Shown here: positions 8,801-17,736 of the stretch, piece after piece
Numbering within the stretch: position 1 is the stretch's first letter
How the letters are laid out: each line of letters opens with the position of its first letter
From: a virus
Reading direction: 5' to 3' (one strand)
IMG/VR virus record: IMGVR_UViG_3300045120_000498
Coordinates: 63,515-127,514 of that record
DNA: 64,000 bases
Made by a program: the position numbers and the translations under genes
Notes under the pieces: generated by a model
Seen by the model: the letters and a program-made list of their open reading frames with translations, nothing else
Databases searched by the model: none
What the model was told of the DNA's origin: nothing

Positions 8801-11800
8801 ACCGGCGACACCGCACCCGTCAGCAGCCGCGCCAGCGACTTCGCCAGCACGCTCGCTGGCGTGATCGTGCCCGCCAGCGGCTTGCCGATCTGCCGCGACT
8901 CCACGCCCGCGGGAGTGATCGTCCCCGCGAACGCGCGCAGGAACGCGCGCGACGCCGCCAGCACACCCGCAGGCGTGATCGTGCCCCCGAGCGGCGTGCC
9001 CTTCGTGATCGCCTTCGTCGGCGCACCGGCAGGCGTCACCGTCCCCGCGAGCGCCCGCACGACCGACTTCGCCAGCACGCCCGCAGGCGTCACCGTTCCC
9101 GCCGGAGGCTGCGTGCCCGTGGTCCCCTTGCCGACCAGCCAGGTGTCCGCGCTCGGCCCCGGCGTGATCGTGCCGCCAACGCTGATCGGGTTCGTGACTC
9201 CCGTGACGACCGAGCCGCCGCCGAAGTCGTCGTACGTGGCCGAGGCGTCGTTCGTCCGGAACCCGATCCGCGTGCCGGTCGTCAGCGACGCATCGAGGAC
9301 GCTCCCGATCACGTTCCACGCGCCCGCTCCGCCCGTCTGCTTGTAGACCGTGATGGTCGATCCGTACGCGCGGATGCCCACCTTGTCCCCGGCCGAGATG
9401 CCCCCGTTGAACGTCCCCAGCGTCGTGTACGTGCTCGGGCCGACGAACTTCTGGATCACGAACTGCCCGAGGCCGCCGTCGCCGGACGGGTTGAACCACA
9501 ACAGGTACGCCGTCGCGGACGTTGTGCCCGGGTTCGCGATCCGGACGTACAACTCGAACTGGTTCGGGAACGACGTGACGCACGTCAGGTACGCCTCGCA
9601 GTCGCTTGGGAACGTGGCCGCCGACCAGTAGTTCGACGACGGACTCGCGCCGCTCATCACGTTCGACGCGACGTTCATGCCGGTCGCCGCGTTGCCGATG
9701 GCGTTCGCTATCCAGTTGCCGGACGCCGCCAGCGTCGCGTTCGCGCGGTTGAAGTTGTCCAGCACCGACGTTGCCGGGAACGCGCCGCCGCTCGCCGGAG
9801 GCGTCAGCGTGTACGTGACCGCGACGCGGACGTAATCGAGCAGAACTTCCGTGACCGCCGACGTGGACGAGCCGGTGTTCGGCTTCACGCCGATCCGCAG
9901 CTTGACCGGCCTGCTGGACGGGTCGAGCAGCCCGGTCTGATTCGCGCCGTCCGCACCCGCGTAGGTCGTGATGGCCGTGAACGCGGCGGGCGACGCCGAG
10001 AGCGTCTTCCGGACAGTCGTCCCCGCGCCGTCGCGAAGCTCGGCCGGACCGACCGTCGAAGATGCACCGGTCGTGTACGTCAGGCATTGCCAGTCGTAGT
10101 CCAACTCGCACGCCGTGACGAGCGCGCCGGGAGGGACGCCCAGGTCCTCCCAGGTGCCCGTCCACTCCCAGTACGGCGTGCCGTCCGAAAGGCTCTTGCC
10201 GTTGCGGCGCGCGGAGAGGTTGCCGTTGATTGTGCTGCTCAACGGCTCATTGGGCGAGTCGGCGACGCCGCTCCACGCGCCCGTCAGGCCGGTGCCGCCG
10301 CCCGCGTTGAACACCCATCCCTCTAGCCCGGCGGTGAACGTGAACGGCGCGTCCATAGTCTGGACGAGCGACCCGGAAGCCTGATTCCATAGGCTCGGCG
10401 TGGCGCTCGACGACGCCGCGGCCCCGGCAGAGACGATCACCAGGAACTTCTCGCCTGGTGTCACGGTGATCGCCGTCGTCTTGCCGTACCCACCGCCGCC
10501 GCCACCCGCGCCGCTCGTGGTGGTCGATCCACCCTGCCCGCTGCCGCCAGGTCCCCAGACTTCGATGTCAATGCTGGTGTGTCCAGCCGCGACGGTGTGC
10601 ACGTAGATGCCCGGCGTCGAGTACGTGGTGCCGTCCACGATCACCTTGCCAGCACTGCCAGCACCGCCACCCGCGAAGGTCGAGCCGTTGCTACCACCAC
10701 CGGCGCCGCCGCCACCCGGTGCCGTTCCCGCGGCCGCAGCGCCAATGCCGATCACGCCGGAGCCGCCAGCGCCACCACCCGCCACCGCGACACCGCCAGC
10801 ACCGCCCGCCGCACCGGTCGCGCCCGGGTTGCCACCCGCCGCTGTGCCCGCGCTGCCGCCGCCACCACCACCCGCCTGAGCGGAGGTTCCAGCCGCGCCG
10901 CCAGCGCCGCCTAGCCGAGGGGAGGCAGCCGAAGCACTGCCCGCCGTCGTGGGACCACTGGCCGATCCACCGCCTGTCGCGAGAATGAGGAGCGCGCCAG
11001 CCAGAACGTACGTCGATCCGCCAGTAGCGCCAGCACCGGTAGTCCCCGGAAGGACGCAGGTCAGTCGTTGACCCGGCGTGACCGCGATGGTCGTTTTCGC
11101 GTACGCGCCGCCGCCGCCACCGGAACCGGCGGAAACGTTCGTCACGCCAGCAGACCCGCCGCCACCGGCACCCCAGCACTCGATCACGAGCGACGTGACA
11201 CCGGCCGGAACCTGATAAGGACCCGTGCTGCTGACGGAGACGCCGTTCATGAGACACTTGCCGGGGAACGCCGCGGCCCCACCGGCCGCCGTAGTGGCGG
11301 TGCTACCGCCACCAGCAGCGCCACCGCCACCCGATGAGCCTGACCCACCCGCGCCGCCGCTCGTACCGCTGCCGCCTGCGACGCCACCCGTTACAGCCGC
11401 GCCACCAGCGCCGCCCGCCAAAGAGGTTGCGCCCGGGTTCCCGTTCGCGGCCGTACCCGCGCTGCCGCCGCCGCCGCCACCCGTCGTCGTACCGGTCGCG
11501 CTTCTACCCGCACCGCCAGCCCCGCCCGAGAACGCCACGTCGCCGACGCACGACGCCGCCAGGCCACCCGCACCGCCCGTCAGGCCGACCGCGCCACCGC
11601 CACCGACCGCTCGGCACAGCAGATTGCCGACCGTGACCGGGGCGTAGTCAACGCTCGTCGCGACGTTGGCACCTGGATTGGTACTGGCAGTCACGGCCCC
11701 GGCGACGACCACCGTCAGCCTCGTGCCAGGCGTGACCGTCAGCGTCTTCTTCGCGTAGGCACCGCCACCGCCGCCCTGCCCGGAGGTAACGCCCGTCGTC

Positions 11801-12261
11801 CCCTTGCCGCCGGAACCGCCGCCAGCCCAGCACTCGATCACGATGGACGTGACGCCCGCAGCGACGGTGTGCGTGAACGTCAGCACCCCGCCCGTCGCGT
11901 TGTCGTACGTGGTGCCGTCTACGATGGCCCGGCCTGCGGCACCGTTGCCGCCAGCGGACGAACCGGCCGTGTTACCACCAGCACCGCCGCCGCCCGGCGC
12001 AGTCCCCGCCCCGCCCACACCGGCGGTACTGCTGCCGCCAGCGAAGCCACCGGTCGGAGCCGCGCCGCCCGCACCGCCGGAAGCGCCGCCCGCCGCGCCG
12101 TTGTTGCCGTTCGATGCAGTGCCCGCGCTAGAGCCGCCGCCGCCGCCATTACCGGACGCCGCAGCAGCACCGCCCGAGCCACCCGCGAACACCACGTCGC
12201 CGATGGACGCCGCCGCAGTGCCGCCCGCGGCACCCGCAGGACCGGCAGCGAGGCAGATCAT
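5890..12261 (-). CDS. Giant (2123 aa) fibre/adhesin-like virion protein: Gly-rich domains, jelly-roll, two lectin-like domains, ~40 short repeats
   Basis: Three Gly-rich units with VTPG motifs; two LD(N/D)F(N/D)RAN domains; many GT(I/V)TPAG-type 18-20 aa repeats. Confidence 0.75.
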   Translation of the reverse strand: MICLAAGPAGAAGGTAAASIGDVVFAGGSGGAAAASGNGGGGGSSAGTASNGNNGAAGGASGGAGGAAPTGGFAGGSSTAGVGGAGTAPGGGGAGGNTAGSSAGGNGAAGRAIVDGTTYDNATGGVLTFTHTVAAGVTSIVIECWAGGGSGGKGTTGVTSGQGGGGGAYAKKTLTVTPGTRLTVVVAGAVTASTNPGANVATSVDYAPVTVGNLLCRAVGGGGAVGLTGGAGGLAASCVGDVAFSGGAGGAGRSATGTTTGGGGGGSAGTAANGNPGATSLAGGAGGAAVTGGVAGGSGTSGGAGGSGSSGGGGAAGGGSTATTAAGGAAAFPGKCLMNGVSVSSTGPYQVPAGVTSLVIECWGAGGGGSAGVTNVSAGSGGGGGAYAKTTIAVTPGQRLTCVLPGTTGAGATGGSTYVLAGALLILATGGGSASGPTTAGSASAASPRLGGAGGAAGTSAQAGGGGGGSAGTAAGGNPGATGAAGGAGGVAVAGGGAGGSGVIGIGAAAAGTAPGGGGAGGGSNGSTFAGGGAGSAGKVIVDGTTYSTPGIYVHTVAAGHTSIDIEVWGPGGSGQGGSTTTSGAGGGGGGYGKTTAITVTPGEKFLVIVSAGAAASSSATPSLWNQASGSLVQTMDAPFTFTAGLEGWVFNAGGGTGLTGAWSGVADSPNEPLSSTINGNLSARRNGKSLSDGTPYWEWTGTWEDLGVPPGALVTACELDYDWQCLTYTTGASSTVGPAELRDGAGTTVRKTLSASPAAFTAITTYAGADGANQTGLLDPSSRPVKLRIGVKPNTGSSTSAVTEVLLDYVRVAVTYTLTPPASGGAFPATSVLDNFNRANATLAASGNWIANAIGNAATGMNVASNVMSGASPSSNYWSAATFPSDCEAYLTCVTSFPNQFELYVRIANPGTTSATAYLLWFNPSGDGGLGQFVIQKFVGPSTYTTLGTFNGGISAGDKVGIRAYGSTITVYKQTGGAGAWNVIGSVLDASLTTGTRIGFRTNDASATYDDFGGGSVVTGVTNPISVGGTITPGPSADTWLVGKGTTGTQPPAGTVTPAGVLAKSVVRALAGTVTPAGAPTKAITKGTPLGGTITPAGVLAASRAFLRAFAGTITPAGVESRQIGKPLAGTITPASVLAKSLARLLTGAVSPVGALAKSWARTFTGTLTSGGPTGAYTRVGRYPSKSTTLDDFDRANGTVDVGGPGIWNTVSANDGIANVNVSALRMAAGAASGGVRGLITHSPPFDYQFEVPVLPTAASYVKFWWGIANPGSTFTAYALRLVQGSPNFTWELRGNVGGADTGVLASAAVPFAAGDTVGVRQVGPKIDFYRFTRSGGWSLVLTATNTLIPPVAGRFAFEFGDTTARVDVFRGGSATAARTGWVAPDAAVTPVGVETRQWARTLTGTVTPGPSADAYSITRTLTGSTAPTGALAANKVAGTTTYPITPGGTLSPTGAEVRSTTHLMAGTVTSAGVLARTLTRAVTAAGTITSAGVEKRSMGKLTAGTLSPTGVVARNTSHPMAGTITPAGVETRQTGKKTAGAVAPVGLLTKSIPRALAGTITSVGALARSTAHGVAGTLTPAGTLAASRAFVRAFAGAITPGPSALVQQTRKNVGGSITPGTSALRWALARTLTAALGLTGVATKSIPRSLAGAITSAGTETRQTGKKPTGAITPTASVTAMSHAYALALTAALAPAATLKRAMTKTMTGALAPAGAVTPIRGFLLSMGGTVAPAATLARNTGKALSALVAPTGTETRKLTRTFVGTVAPAGVVARSLARRLTGTITPAATLRFSTTRALAGSLAPIGNLFRSTGKPLTGAVGTTGAVARNTAKKATGTITPASTFATSKAYLVALSAALNPIGIMRRASTPRTVGSATPTSIVIRTTTTRYTGSTVPAGTETRQTARRMTGSVSPAATLATARAFLVALSGALALTAPLRRSVGKPLAGALAPTGARVKSSAKRFTAALPLSGADSVSHAVPLLISGALAPVGLVKRSAGKALGGAVAPVSAIRRALATAYAGLLSPQSDLLMATEAHIEADGIASTLTFGTPTVEAIVSRVGGVVAAVSDDEGRVLAGVGANGNGGGTIATVSGGVQAGVSVQTGASQMGTTVTVRRGGR

Positions 12262-12530
12262 CCGTCAGCCTCCAGCCCAGCGCCGAGTCCGTCAGCCCGC
12301 TTCCCCTGCCGGTAGCTGATCGCAAGCTCCGTGCTCCAGATCGGGTTCACGCCGACGCTCACGACCCCGAACGCGAAGTGCACGTCCACGTACGGACCGA
12401 ACCTGATCCCCTCCCGCGCCGTGACGCGGCGGTGCCAGTCCACGTGCACGCCCGGCAGGATCGTGAAGCCCTGCGACAAGCACCAGTGCGCCGCCCACCA
12501 GGAGCCGTGCCGGGAATGCCAACCGGCCAT
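12258..12530 (-). CDS. Hypothetical protein (90 aa)
   Basis: ATGA coupling to the giant ORF. Confidence 0.5.
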   Translation of the reverse strand: MAGWHSRHGSWWAAHWCLSQGFTILPGVHVDWHRRVTAREGIRFGPYVDVHFAFGVVSVGVNPIWSTELAISYRQGKRADGLGAGLEADG

Positions 12531-12549
12531 GCTCCGGCGCCGCTAGCGC

Positions 12550-13242
12550 CTAGCCGCCCGCGGCGACGGTCAGGTCGTACGTCGCGGCGATGCTATCGCC
12601 GGACGACAGCGTGATCGCGGCGAACACCGTCCGGTCGAGCAGCGTGCCCGCCGTCGCGGCGCTGAACACGCCGTGCTCGCGGATCGCGGCGCCCGGCGTG
12701 GCGTCCACGGTGACGGTGCCGATGGTGCGGTAGACGGTCGCGCCGTTGTTCGTCTGGGAGCCGGTCGGCCGGGTGTTGTCCGGCGCGTACTCGGTCGTCA
12801 GTTCCGTCACCAGCGTGGTGTCGCCCGCGGCCTCCGCGGTGGAGCCGGTGCCGATCCCGTGGAACTTGAAGTTCGTCCCCGTCGTCACGTCGTTCGCGCG
12901 CAGGAAATCGACGATCTTCGTCACGCCCGCCGTCGTCACGACCTTGTGGCCGACCAGGCCCAGGTCGAACCGCAGACCGTCCTCGCGGATCACTTCCAGG
13001 TACAGCGAGCCGTAGATCACGACCGCGCCGACCGCTCGCGCGGCGGCGACCTTCCGCAGCGAGCGCAGGTACAGCGGCATGTTCGCCGCGCGCCACCGGA
13101 ACACGTCCGGCGTCAGGCCCGGCGTCGGCATCGACTGGCCCAGCATCTCGCGGACGGTCAGCGGCCGCTCGGGCAGCACCCGCTCCATCGGCTCGATGAC
13201 GCGGCCCGGCCGCTCGACCACGAGCGCCAGCCCTCCGCTCAT
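12550..13242 (-). CDS. Tail-collar/fibre attachment-like structural protein (DUF3751-like)
   Basis: VVTTAG...FHGIGTGSTA...DTTLVTE...IREHGVF...GTLLDRTVF..ITLSSGDSI motif chain. Confidence 0.6.
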   Translation of the reverse strand: MSGGLALVVERPGRVIEPMERVLPERPLTVREMLGQSMPTPGLTPDVFRWRAANMPLYLRSLRKVAAARAVGAVVIYGSLYLEVIREDGLRFDLGLVGHKVVTTAGVTKIVDFLRANDVTTGTNFKFHGIGTGSTAEAAGDTTLVTELTTEYAPDNTRPTGSQTNNGATVYRTIGTVTVDATPGAAIREHGVFSAATAGTLLDRTVFAAITLSSGDSIAATYDLTVAAGG

Positions 13243-13274
13243 GTTCGCCTCGCCTCCGTACATGGCCCGTCCTC

Positions 13275-13445
13275 CTACGTGTTCGGCTGAACGACCTGCG
13301 CGTCGTCGGCAGGCTCGGCCTCGGGTTCGCGTCGCGCTATCTCGGCGCCGATGGCCTGGACCTTCTCGCGGGCCGCCTCCCGCTCATCCATCGCCTCAGT
13401 GAGTGCATCTGCCAGTTCGGCATCGCTCAGGTCATCGAGCGCCAT
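13275..13445 (-). CDS. Small acidic coiled-coil protein (56 aa)
   Basis: MALDDLSDAELADALTEA... Confidence 0.55.
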   Translation of the reverse strand: MALDDLSDAELADALTEAMDEREAAREKVQAIGAEIARREPEAEPADDAQVVQPNT

Positions 13446-13468
13446 CCGAGCCAGTATGACAGCCGGAG

Positions 13469-13873
13469 CTACAGGGCGAAGATGCGCGAGCTTCCGGCGT
13501 CCCACGAGATGATGATGTTGCCGCCGTTCGGGGTCACCGAGAACCCGTCGATGTACGCCACCAGGTCGCTCGTCGCCTCGGTGCCGGTGTCCTTGAACAG
13601 CAGGATCGCCTCCGACGGGTCACCCGTCACGGCCGTCAGCGTCGTGTCCGCCGCGTCGAACACGCCCGGCGACGGCTGATTGATCGTCCTCGACGCGAGC
13701 GCGGTCGGCGTCCCCACCCGCGCGGCGACCGCCACGTCGTTCAGGAAGTCGTGCGCGGTCGAGAACGTGTAGTCCGCGCTGTCGATCAGCACGCACTTGA
13801 TCCCGGCGTCGTTCTCCAGGTCGATGCCTGCCGTCAGCAACAGCGCCTTCACACTCGGGTACAGGTCCGACAT
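13469..13873 (-). CDS. Conserved phage structural (minor tail-type) protein
   Basis: IKCVLID...HDFLNDV...GVFDAAD...EAILLFKDTG..ATSDLVAYID...NGGNIIISW; probable leaderless start 7 nt after TATCAT. Confidence 0.7.
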   Translation of the reverse strand: MSDLYPSVKALLLTAGIDLENDAGIKCVLIDSADYTFSTAHDFLNDVAVAARVGTPTALASRTINQPSPGVFDAADTTLTAVTGDPSEAILLFKDTGTEATSDLVAYIDGFSVTPNGGNIIISWDAGSSRIFAL

Positions 13874-13899
13874 GCGTCGGATGATACGCAAACCGTCAC

Positions 13900-14112
13900 T
13901 CAGGCGTGGTTCAGCGGGCGGCCCAGATCAGGCTGCGACATCGCCTCGAACCGCCTGCCCTGCACCCGGCCGCGGTAGTAGAACGACGGGGCCGCCGGGA
14001 CCACGCCCGGGCACCATCGCTCCGTCGGCGTCTGCCACGGGCACAGCCATTCATGCGCTGCGTGCGGCTCCATCTTCAGGCACCGCAGCATCGACGGCCG
14101 CGTGTCGAGCAT
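13900..14112 (-). CDS. Small hypothetical protein
   Basis: ORF track only. Confidence 0.4.
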   Translation of the reverse strand: MLDTRPSMLRCLKMEPHAAHEWLCPWQTPTERWCPGVVPAAPSFYYRGRVQGRRFEAMSQPDLGRPLNHA

Positions 14113-14116
14113 CGGC

Positions 14117-14482
14117 CTACGGGCCGCGGCGCAGGTCGATGCCGGGCGGCAGCACCACGTTCGGGATCACGACGCCGTTGTTTGGCGCCAGCCCGGCGGC
14201 CAGGCTCGGATCGTCCGCCATCGTCTTGTTCACCGCCTGTATCAGTTCGTTGATCATCGCCATGATCGTCGGGAGCGGCAGCGCCACCTCGACGACGGCA
14301 GTCAGCACGTGCTCCGGCCCGCGCGCGGCCAGCCCGTCCTCCGTCGCCGTCCACCCCTCCGGCCCGTCGTCGCCCGGCTTCAGGTGGTACTCGACCTGCT
14401 GCGCCTCGACCAGCCGCAGGCGAACGCCGCCGGGGATTGACTCCGCCGACGGCGTTACGTAGCCCTCCAGCGTGAACTTCAC
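14117..14482 (-). CDS. Hypothetical protein (121 aa)
   Basis: GTG start overlapping the HTH gene stop. Confidence 0.6.
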   Translation of the reverse strand: MKFTLEGYVTPSAESIPGGVRLRLVEAQQVEYHLKPGDDGPEGWTATEDGLAARGPEHVLTAVVEVALPLPTIMAMINELIQAVNKTMADDPSLAAGLAPNNGVVIPNVVLPPGIDLRRGP

Positions 14483-14853
14483 GTCTCGGGCACCTCGCGC
14501 GGGACGCGCTTGCGGGCGAACGCCGCCGCGCGTACCGCGATGATCTGGGATCGCAGCCACACTGGGCCGGACCCGAGGATTGCGACTGGCGTCGGGACCA
14601 GGCCGTTCCTGATCCACTTCGCGAGTCGCGGCTTCTCGACGGACAGGATCACCGCCGCTTCACCCGTGCCGACAAGCTCGTCGTCGAGCGGTGGTAGCTC
14701 CACGTTCAGGCGCTCCAGCACGCTCGCAACACGAACCTGCTTGACCCCGCTGTCGATCTTGGCCTGTAGCCACGCTCGTGTCTCCGGGGCGAGCATCGGC
14801 GCAAGCGAAGCATCGACCTGATCGTCCATTGGAGTCTCGATGCTGCTTGCCAT
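14479..14853 (-). CDS. HTH (MerR/AlpA/Xis-like) DNA-binding protein, candidate cassette regulator
   Basis: LVGTGEAAVILSVEKPRLAKWIRNGLVPTPVAILGSGPVW; ATG 7 nt after the -10 of cassette P5. Confidence 0.7.
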   Translation of the reverse strand: MASSIETPMDDQVDASLAPMLAPETRAWLQAKIDSGVKQVRVASVLERLNVELPPLDDELVGTGEAAVILSVEKPRLAKWIRNGLVPTPVAILGSGPVWLRSQIIAVRAAAFARKRVPREVPET

Positions 14854-14860
14854 GTCACCC

Positions 14861-14884
14861 ACAATAGCACACGTTGTGTGCATT
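14861..14884 (-). promoter_or_regulatory. Cassette P5 (variant, leaderless)
   Basis: AATGCACAC-AAC-GTGTG-C-TATTGT. Confidence 0.7.
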
Positions 14885-16211
14885 AGACCGTTCCCGGCTC
14901 GGTGTAGATGGGGCGGCCCTTCCACGGCGCTCCGGCAGGCCCCTTCACGTATCCGGCGATCCACACGCAGTACGCGCCCTTCGAGTCCTGCCACTTCGCG
15001 TGGTCGGCAGTGGATACCCGCCAGTGACCGCGCACCAGGAACCGGACCGTCAGATAGTTGCCCGTCTCGTCCTTCGCGTCGCTGGTCGCCGTCGCGATGC
15101 TCACGTTGTAGATGCGCGACTCGAACCGCTGCCGCGGCGCCGCCCGGTGCATCTGCTTCAGCGCCTTGCGGGGCAGGAACGTCTCGCGGCGATCCACGTT
15201 GCGGGCCGTCACCATGTCGGCCAGCACGACCGCCCACGCCAGCATCGCGCCGCGGTAGGCGTACTCGGAGTCGGCCACCATCGGCTGGTCGGCGTCCATC
15301 GGGATGAACAGCGCGTCCGGGTGCTTCGCGACCGTCAGAAGCTCGTGCAGGTCCACCCGCTCGTAGCGGAGGCTGGACAGGATCGACCCGTCCTTGAACC
15401 GGTGCCCGCTCGTCCGCTGGTAGTAGTCGGCCGGATCGTCCAGACCGCCCGAGCCGGAGGCGACGTACTCCCAGTCGTCCTTGCGTACCACGATGATGCC
15501 CCACGACTGGCCGGGCACCACCTCCGTGATGCCCAGGCCCCATAGCTCGGACGTGTCGTTCGCGTTCCACACGTCCTCCGGCGGCGTGCCGTGCCAGAGC
15601 GGCATGAAGTCGCCGTTCGGGCCGCGCGCCTCGAACCACATCCGCGGGTACGGCAGCGGCGGAAGCTCCGTGAACGGCAGCCCGCCCCAGATCGAGTCGA
15701 GCACGCCCTGGGCGCCGTCCTCGCCGCCGTCCACCCGGTAGATGCCGCCGGTGCTCATCAGCGCGCGCAGGAACGTGTGCTGCTCGTGCAGCACCTCCTG
15801 ATCCACGTCCGCCGTCAGGTAGCGACGAAGCTCCGGCGGAACCGCCCGCAGAAGCTCGTCGTGCGCCGACAGCGCCAACAGCCGCGCCTGGCCGGTCGGC
15901 GAGATGACGTTCCAGTCCACGTGCGTCTCGTCGTAGCCGGGGCTGTGGCGGACCATCGTGTGCTCCGCCTGATCGGTGATCGACACCCCCTCGGGGTTCC
16001 CGATCATCGTCGAGCCGCCACGAATCCCTAGCTCGCCCGTCTCCCCGATGCCGACCGAAATCCCGGCCGCCTGAATCGCGTACTGTCGCGCCTTCCGGCG
16101 ATTGACCACGCCCGGCGGCTCGCGCAGCGTCTCCAGCGCGAGCAGCACGTCCTTCTCCCGGTGCGGGATGCGATAGCCCTTCGCCAGCAGCAGCTTCTCC
16201 GCCAGCAACAT
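14883..16211 (-). CDS. Hypothetical protein with C-terminal VRGHWR...WI..YVKGP motif (AcrVA2/FinQ-like by recall)
   Basis: C-terminal FLVRGHWR...VWIAGYVKGPAGAP; first gene after cassette P6. Confidence 0.55.
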   Translation of the reverse strand: MLLAEKLLLAKGYRIPHREKDVLLALETLREPPGVVNRRKARQYAIQAAGISVGIGETGELGIRGGSTMIGNPEGVSITDQAEHTMVRHSPGYDETHVDWNVISPTGQARLLALSAHDELLRAVPPELRRYLTADVDQEVLHEQHTFLRALMSTGGIYRVDGGEDGAQGVLDSIWGGLPFTELPPLPYPRMWFEARGPNGDFMPLWHGTPPEDVWNANDTSELWGLGITEVVPGQSWGIIVVRKDDWEYVASGSGGLDDPADYYQRTSGHRFKDGSILSSLRYERVDLHELLTVAKHPDALFIPMDADQPMVADSEYAYRGAMLAWAVVLADMVTARNVDRRETFLPRKALKQMHRAAPRQRFESRIYNVSIATATSDAKDETGNYLTVRFLVRGHWRVSTADHAKWQDSKGAYCVWIAGYVKGPAGAPWKGRPIYTEPGTV

Positions 16212-16221
16212 GATGACCTTG

Positions 16222-16274
16222 CCCTTTCCGCCGGATCATCCGGCAGGCGGAGCATAGCACACTCCGTGTGTATC
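16222..16274 (-). promoter_or_regulatory. Cassette P6
   Basis: GATACACAC-GGA-GTGTG-C-TATGCT, GCCGGA/TCCGGC hairpin, GGAAAGGG. Confidence 0.8.
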
Positions 16275-16674
16275 AGGTCGGCCAGGCTTCGATCACCGGC
16301 GGGTCGATCAGGTCGAGCGTGATCATGTCGCCCACCGTCGCCACCGGCGCCCGCCGCACCCGCACCCGCGTCGAACGCAGCCGCCCGTAGCTCGTGGTAG
16401 CCACCAGCGCCGTCACCGCGCCCCGCTCCCACACCACGCCGTCGCACAGGTGAAACAGCGCGAGCGCCTGCGCGAGCGGCATCTGCGCCTTCGGGTAGGC
16501 AGGCGCCAGCGTCTTCAGCAGCCCCTCCGACATGCCCGTCCCGTAGTGCGACTGCGGCCGCTCCACCGTCACGTGCACGTGCACCTCGATGGGACCCGGG
16601 ATCGCCTCGTCCACCTCGGCCACCAGTTCCGACGGGTCGGACGGCTCGTGCAGCATCACGTCCATCACGTCCAC
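16273..16674 (-). CDS. Hypothetical protein
   Basis: C-terminal part of ORF 16273..17196. Confidence 0.55.
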   Translation of the reverse strand: MDVMDVMLHEPSDPSELVAEVDEAIPGPIEVHVHVTVERPQSHYGTGMSEGLLKTLAPAYPKAQMPLAQALALFHLCDGVVWERGAVTALVATTSYGRLRSTRVRVRRAPVATVGDMITLDLIDPPVIEAWPT

Positions 16675-16676
16675 GG

Positions 16677-17576
16677 CTAGCCAAGCGTCAACTGCGTCTG
16701 CGCCAACTCCGCCGTGCACTCGATGCTGCACGTCTGCGGCGGCCGCTTCCTGGTGCCCGGGTTGAACGGCTCGCAACACACCGCGCAGCGCGGCCAGTGG
16801 TCGGTCCCGCGAGGAATCGTCGGATCGACGTACTGCATCACCGAGACGACGGTACGCGGATTCTCGGTGTCGAGCGTCATGCCCGTCGCCTTCGCCGTCA
16901 CCTGCGCGTCGTCCAACCACAGCCCACCATCGTTTCCCGCATCGAGCACCAGCTTCTCCAGGTTGTCCACGTCGATCCGTCGCCGCGACCCGAGCGCGAA
17001 GAACAGGCCCAGCGCCACGTTCCCGCGAAGCGTCGGCAGCGTCGCGAAGCGGGCCGCCAGCACGTCCCTCGCGGCCGTCGCGGCCTTCGGCACGTAATGC
17101 CCCCCGTCCGGGCGCGTCCCGGCACGCGGCCACGGGACCGGCGCGCCAGGCACCTCGATCACCAGCCCGGTCGCGCCGTGGCGGCCGACCAGCCACCCAA
17201 CCGACACGCCCGCGATCATCGACGCCTCGCCGCCCACCCGGCCGCCGTCCCGCAGCAGGTGCGTGCCGTCGTCGAACTCCACCCCGATCCGGAACGCGCG
17301 GTCGATCACCGCACCAGCCGACCGGCCCATCTGATGCGCCAGCAGCGCCACCGACGCCACGCCGTCCGCGCGCGCCTCCGGGAACTCGGCCCTGATCCGC
17401 GCATCCTCCCGCGCCCGGAACACACGCCGGAAGTCGTCCCGGCGCCGCACGCCCTCCTTCTTGAACCGCTGCTCCACCGACGCCCGCTGATTGCCGACCT
17501 CCAGCGCCACCAGCGCCGTATGCCCGAGCCGCGCGTACGACTCGATCAGCGCCTCCAACGGCAGACTCCGCGCCAT
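16677..17576 (-). CDS. rusA: RusA-family Holliday junction resolvase with N-terminal extension and C-terminal Cys motif
   Basis: VPGAPVPWPR...RIDVDNLEKLVLDAGN.GLWLDDAQV catalytic pattern. Confidence 0.85.
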   Translation of the reverse strand: MARSLPLEALIESYARLGHTALVALEVGNQRASVEQRFKKEGVRRRDDFRRVFRAREDARIRAEFPEARADGVASVALLAHQMGRSAGAVIDRAFRIGVEFDDGTHLLRDGGRVGGEASMIAGVSVGWLVGRHGATGLVIEVPGAPVPWPRAGTRPDGGHYVPKAATAARDVLAARFATLPTLRGNVALGLFFALGSRRRIDVDNLEKLVLDAGNDGGLWLDDAQVTAKATGMTLDTENPRTVVSVMQYVDPTIPRGTDHWPRCAVCCEPFNPGTRKRPPQTCSIECTAELAQTQLTLG

Positions 17577-17586
17577 CCCGCCCCCC

Positions 17587-17688
17587 TCAGTCGAAGTCGC
17601 GGTCCGGCGGCCGCCAGTGCAGCGCCCACAGGTACGCCAGGCGAAGCAGCGCCGCGATCCCAAGCACGATCACGACCACATCGGCCAC
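17587..17688 (-). CDS. 33-aa single-pass membrane peptide (not in ORF track)
   Basis: GTG start: MADVVVIVLGIAALLRLAYLWALHWRPPDRDFD. Confidence 0.5.
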   Translation of the reverse strand: MADVVVIVLGIAALLRLAYLWALHWRPPDRDFD

Positions 17689-17736
17689 CGCGCCACCCTA
17701 CCGCAACACCCATCCGCGTCACTCCCGACGTGTGTA

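Noticed and set aside
5890-12261. Diversity-generating retroelement targeting the fibres
   Set aside because: No reverse transcriptase and no template/variable repeat pair with adenine-only mismatches seen.
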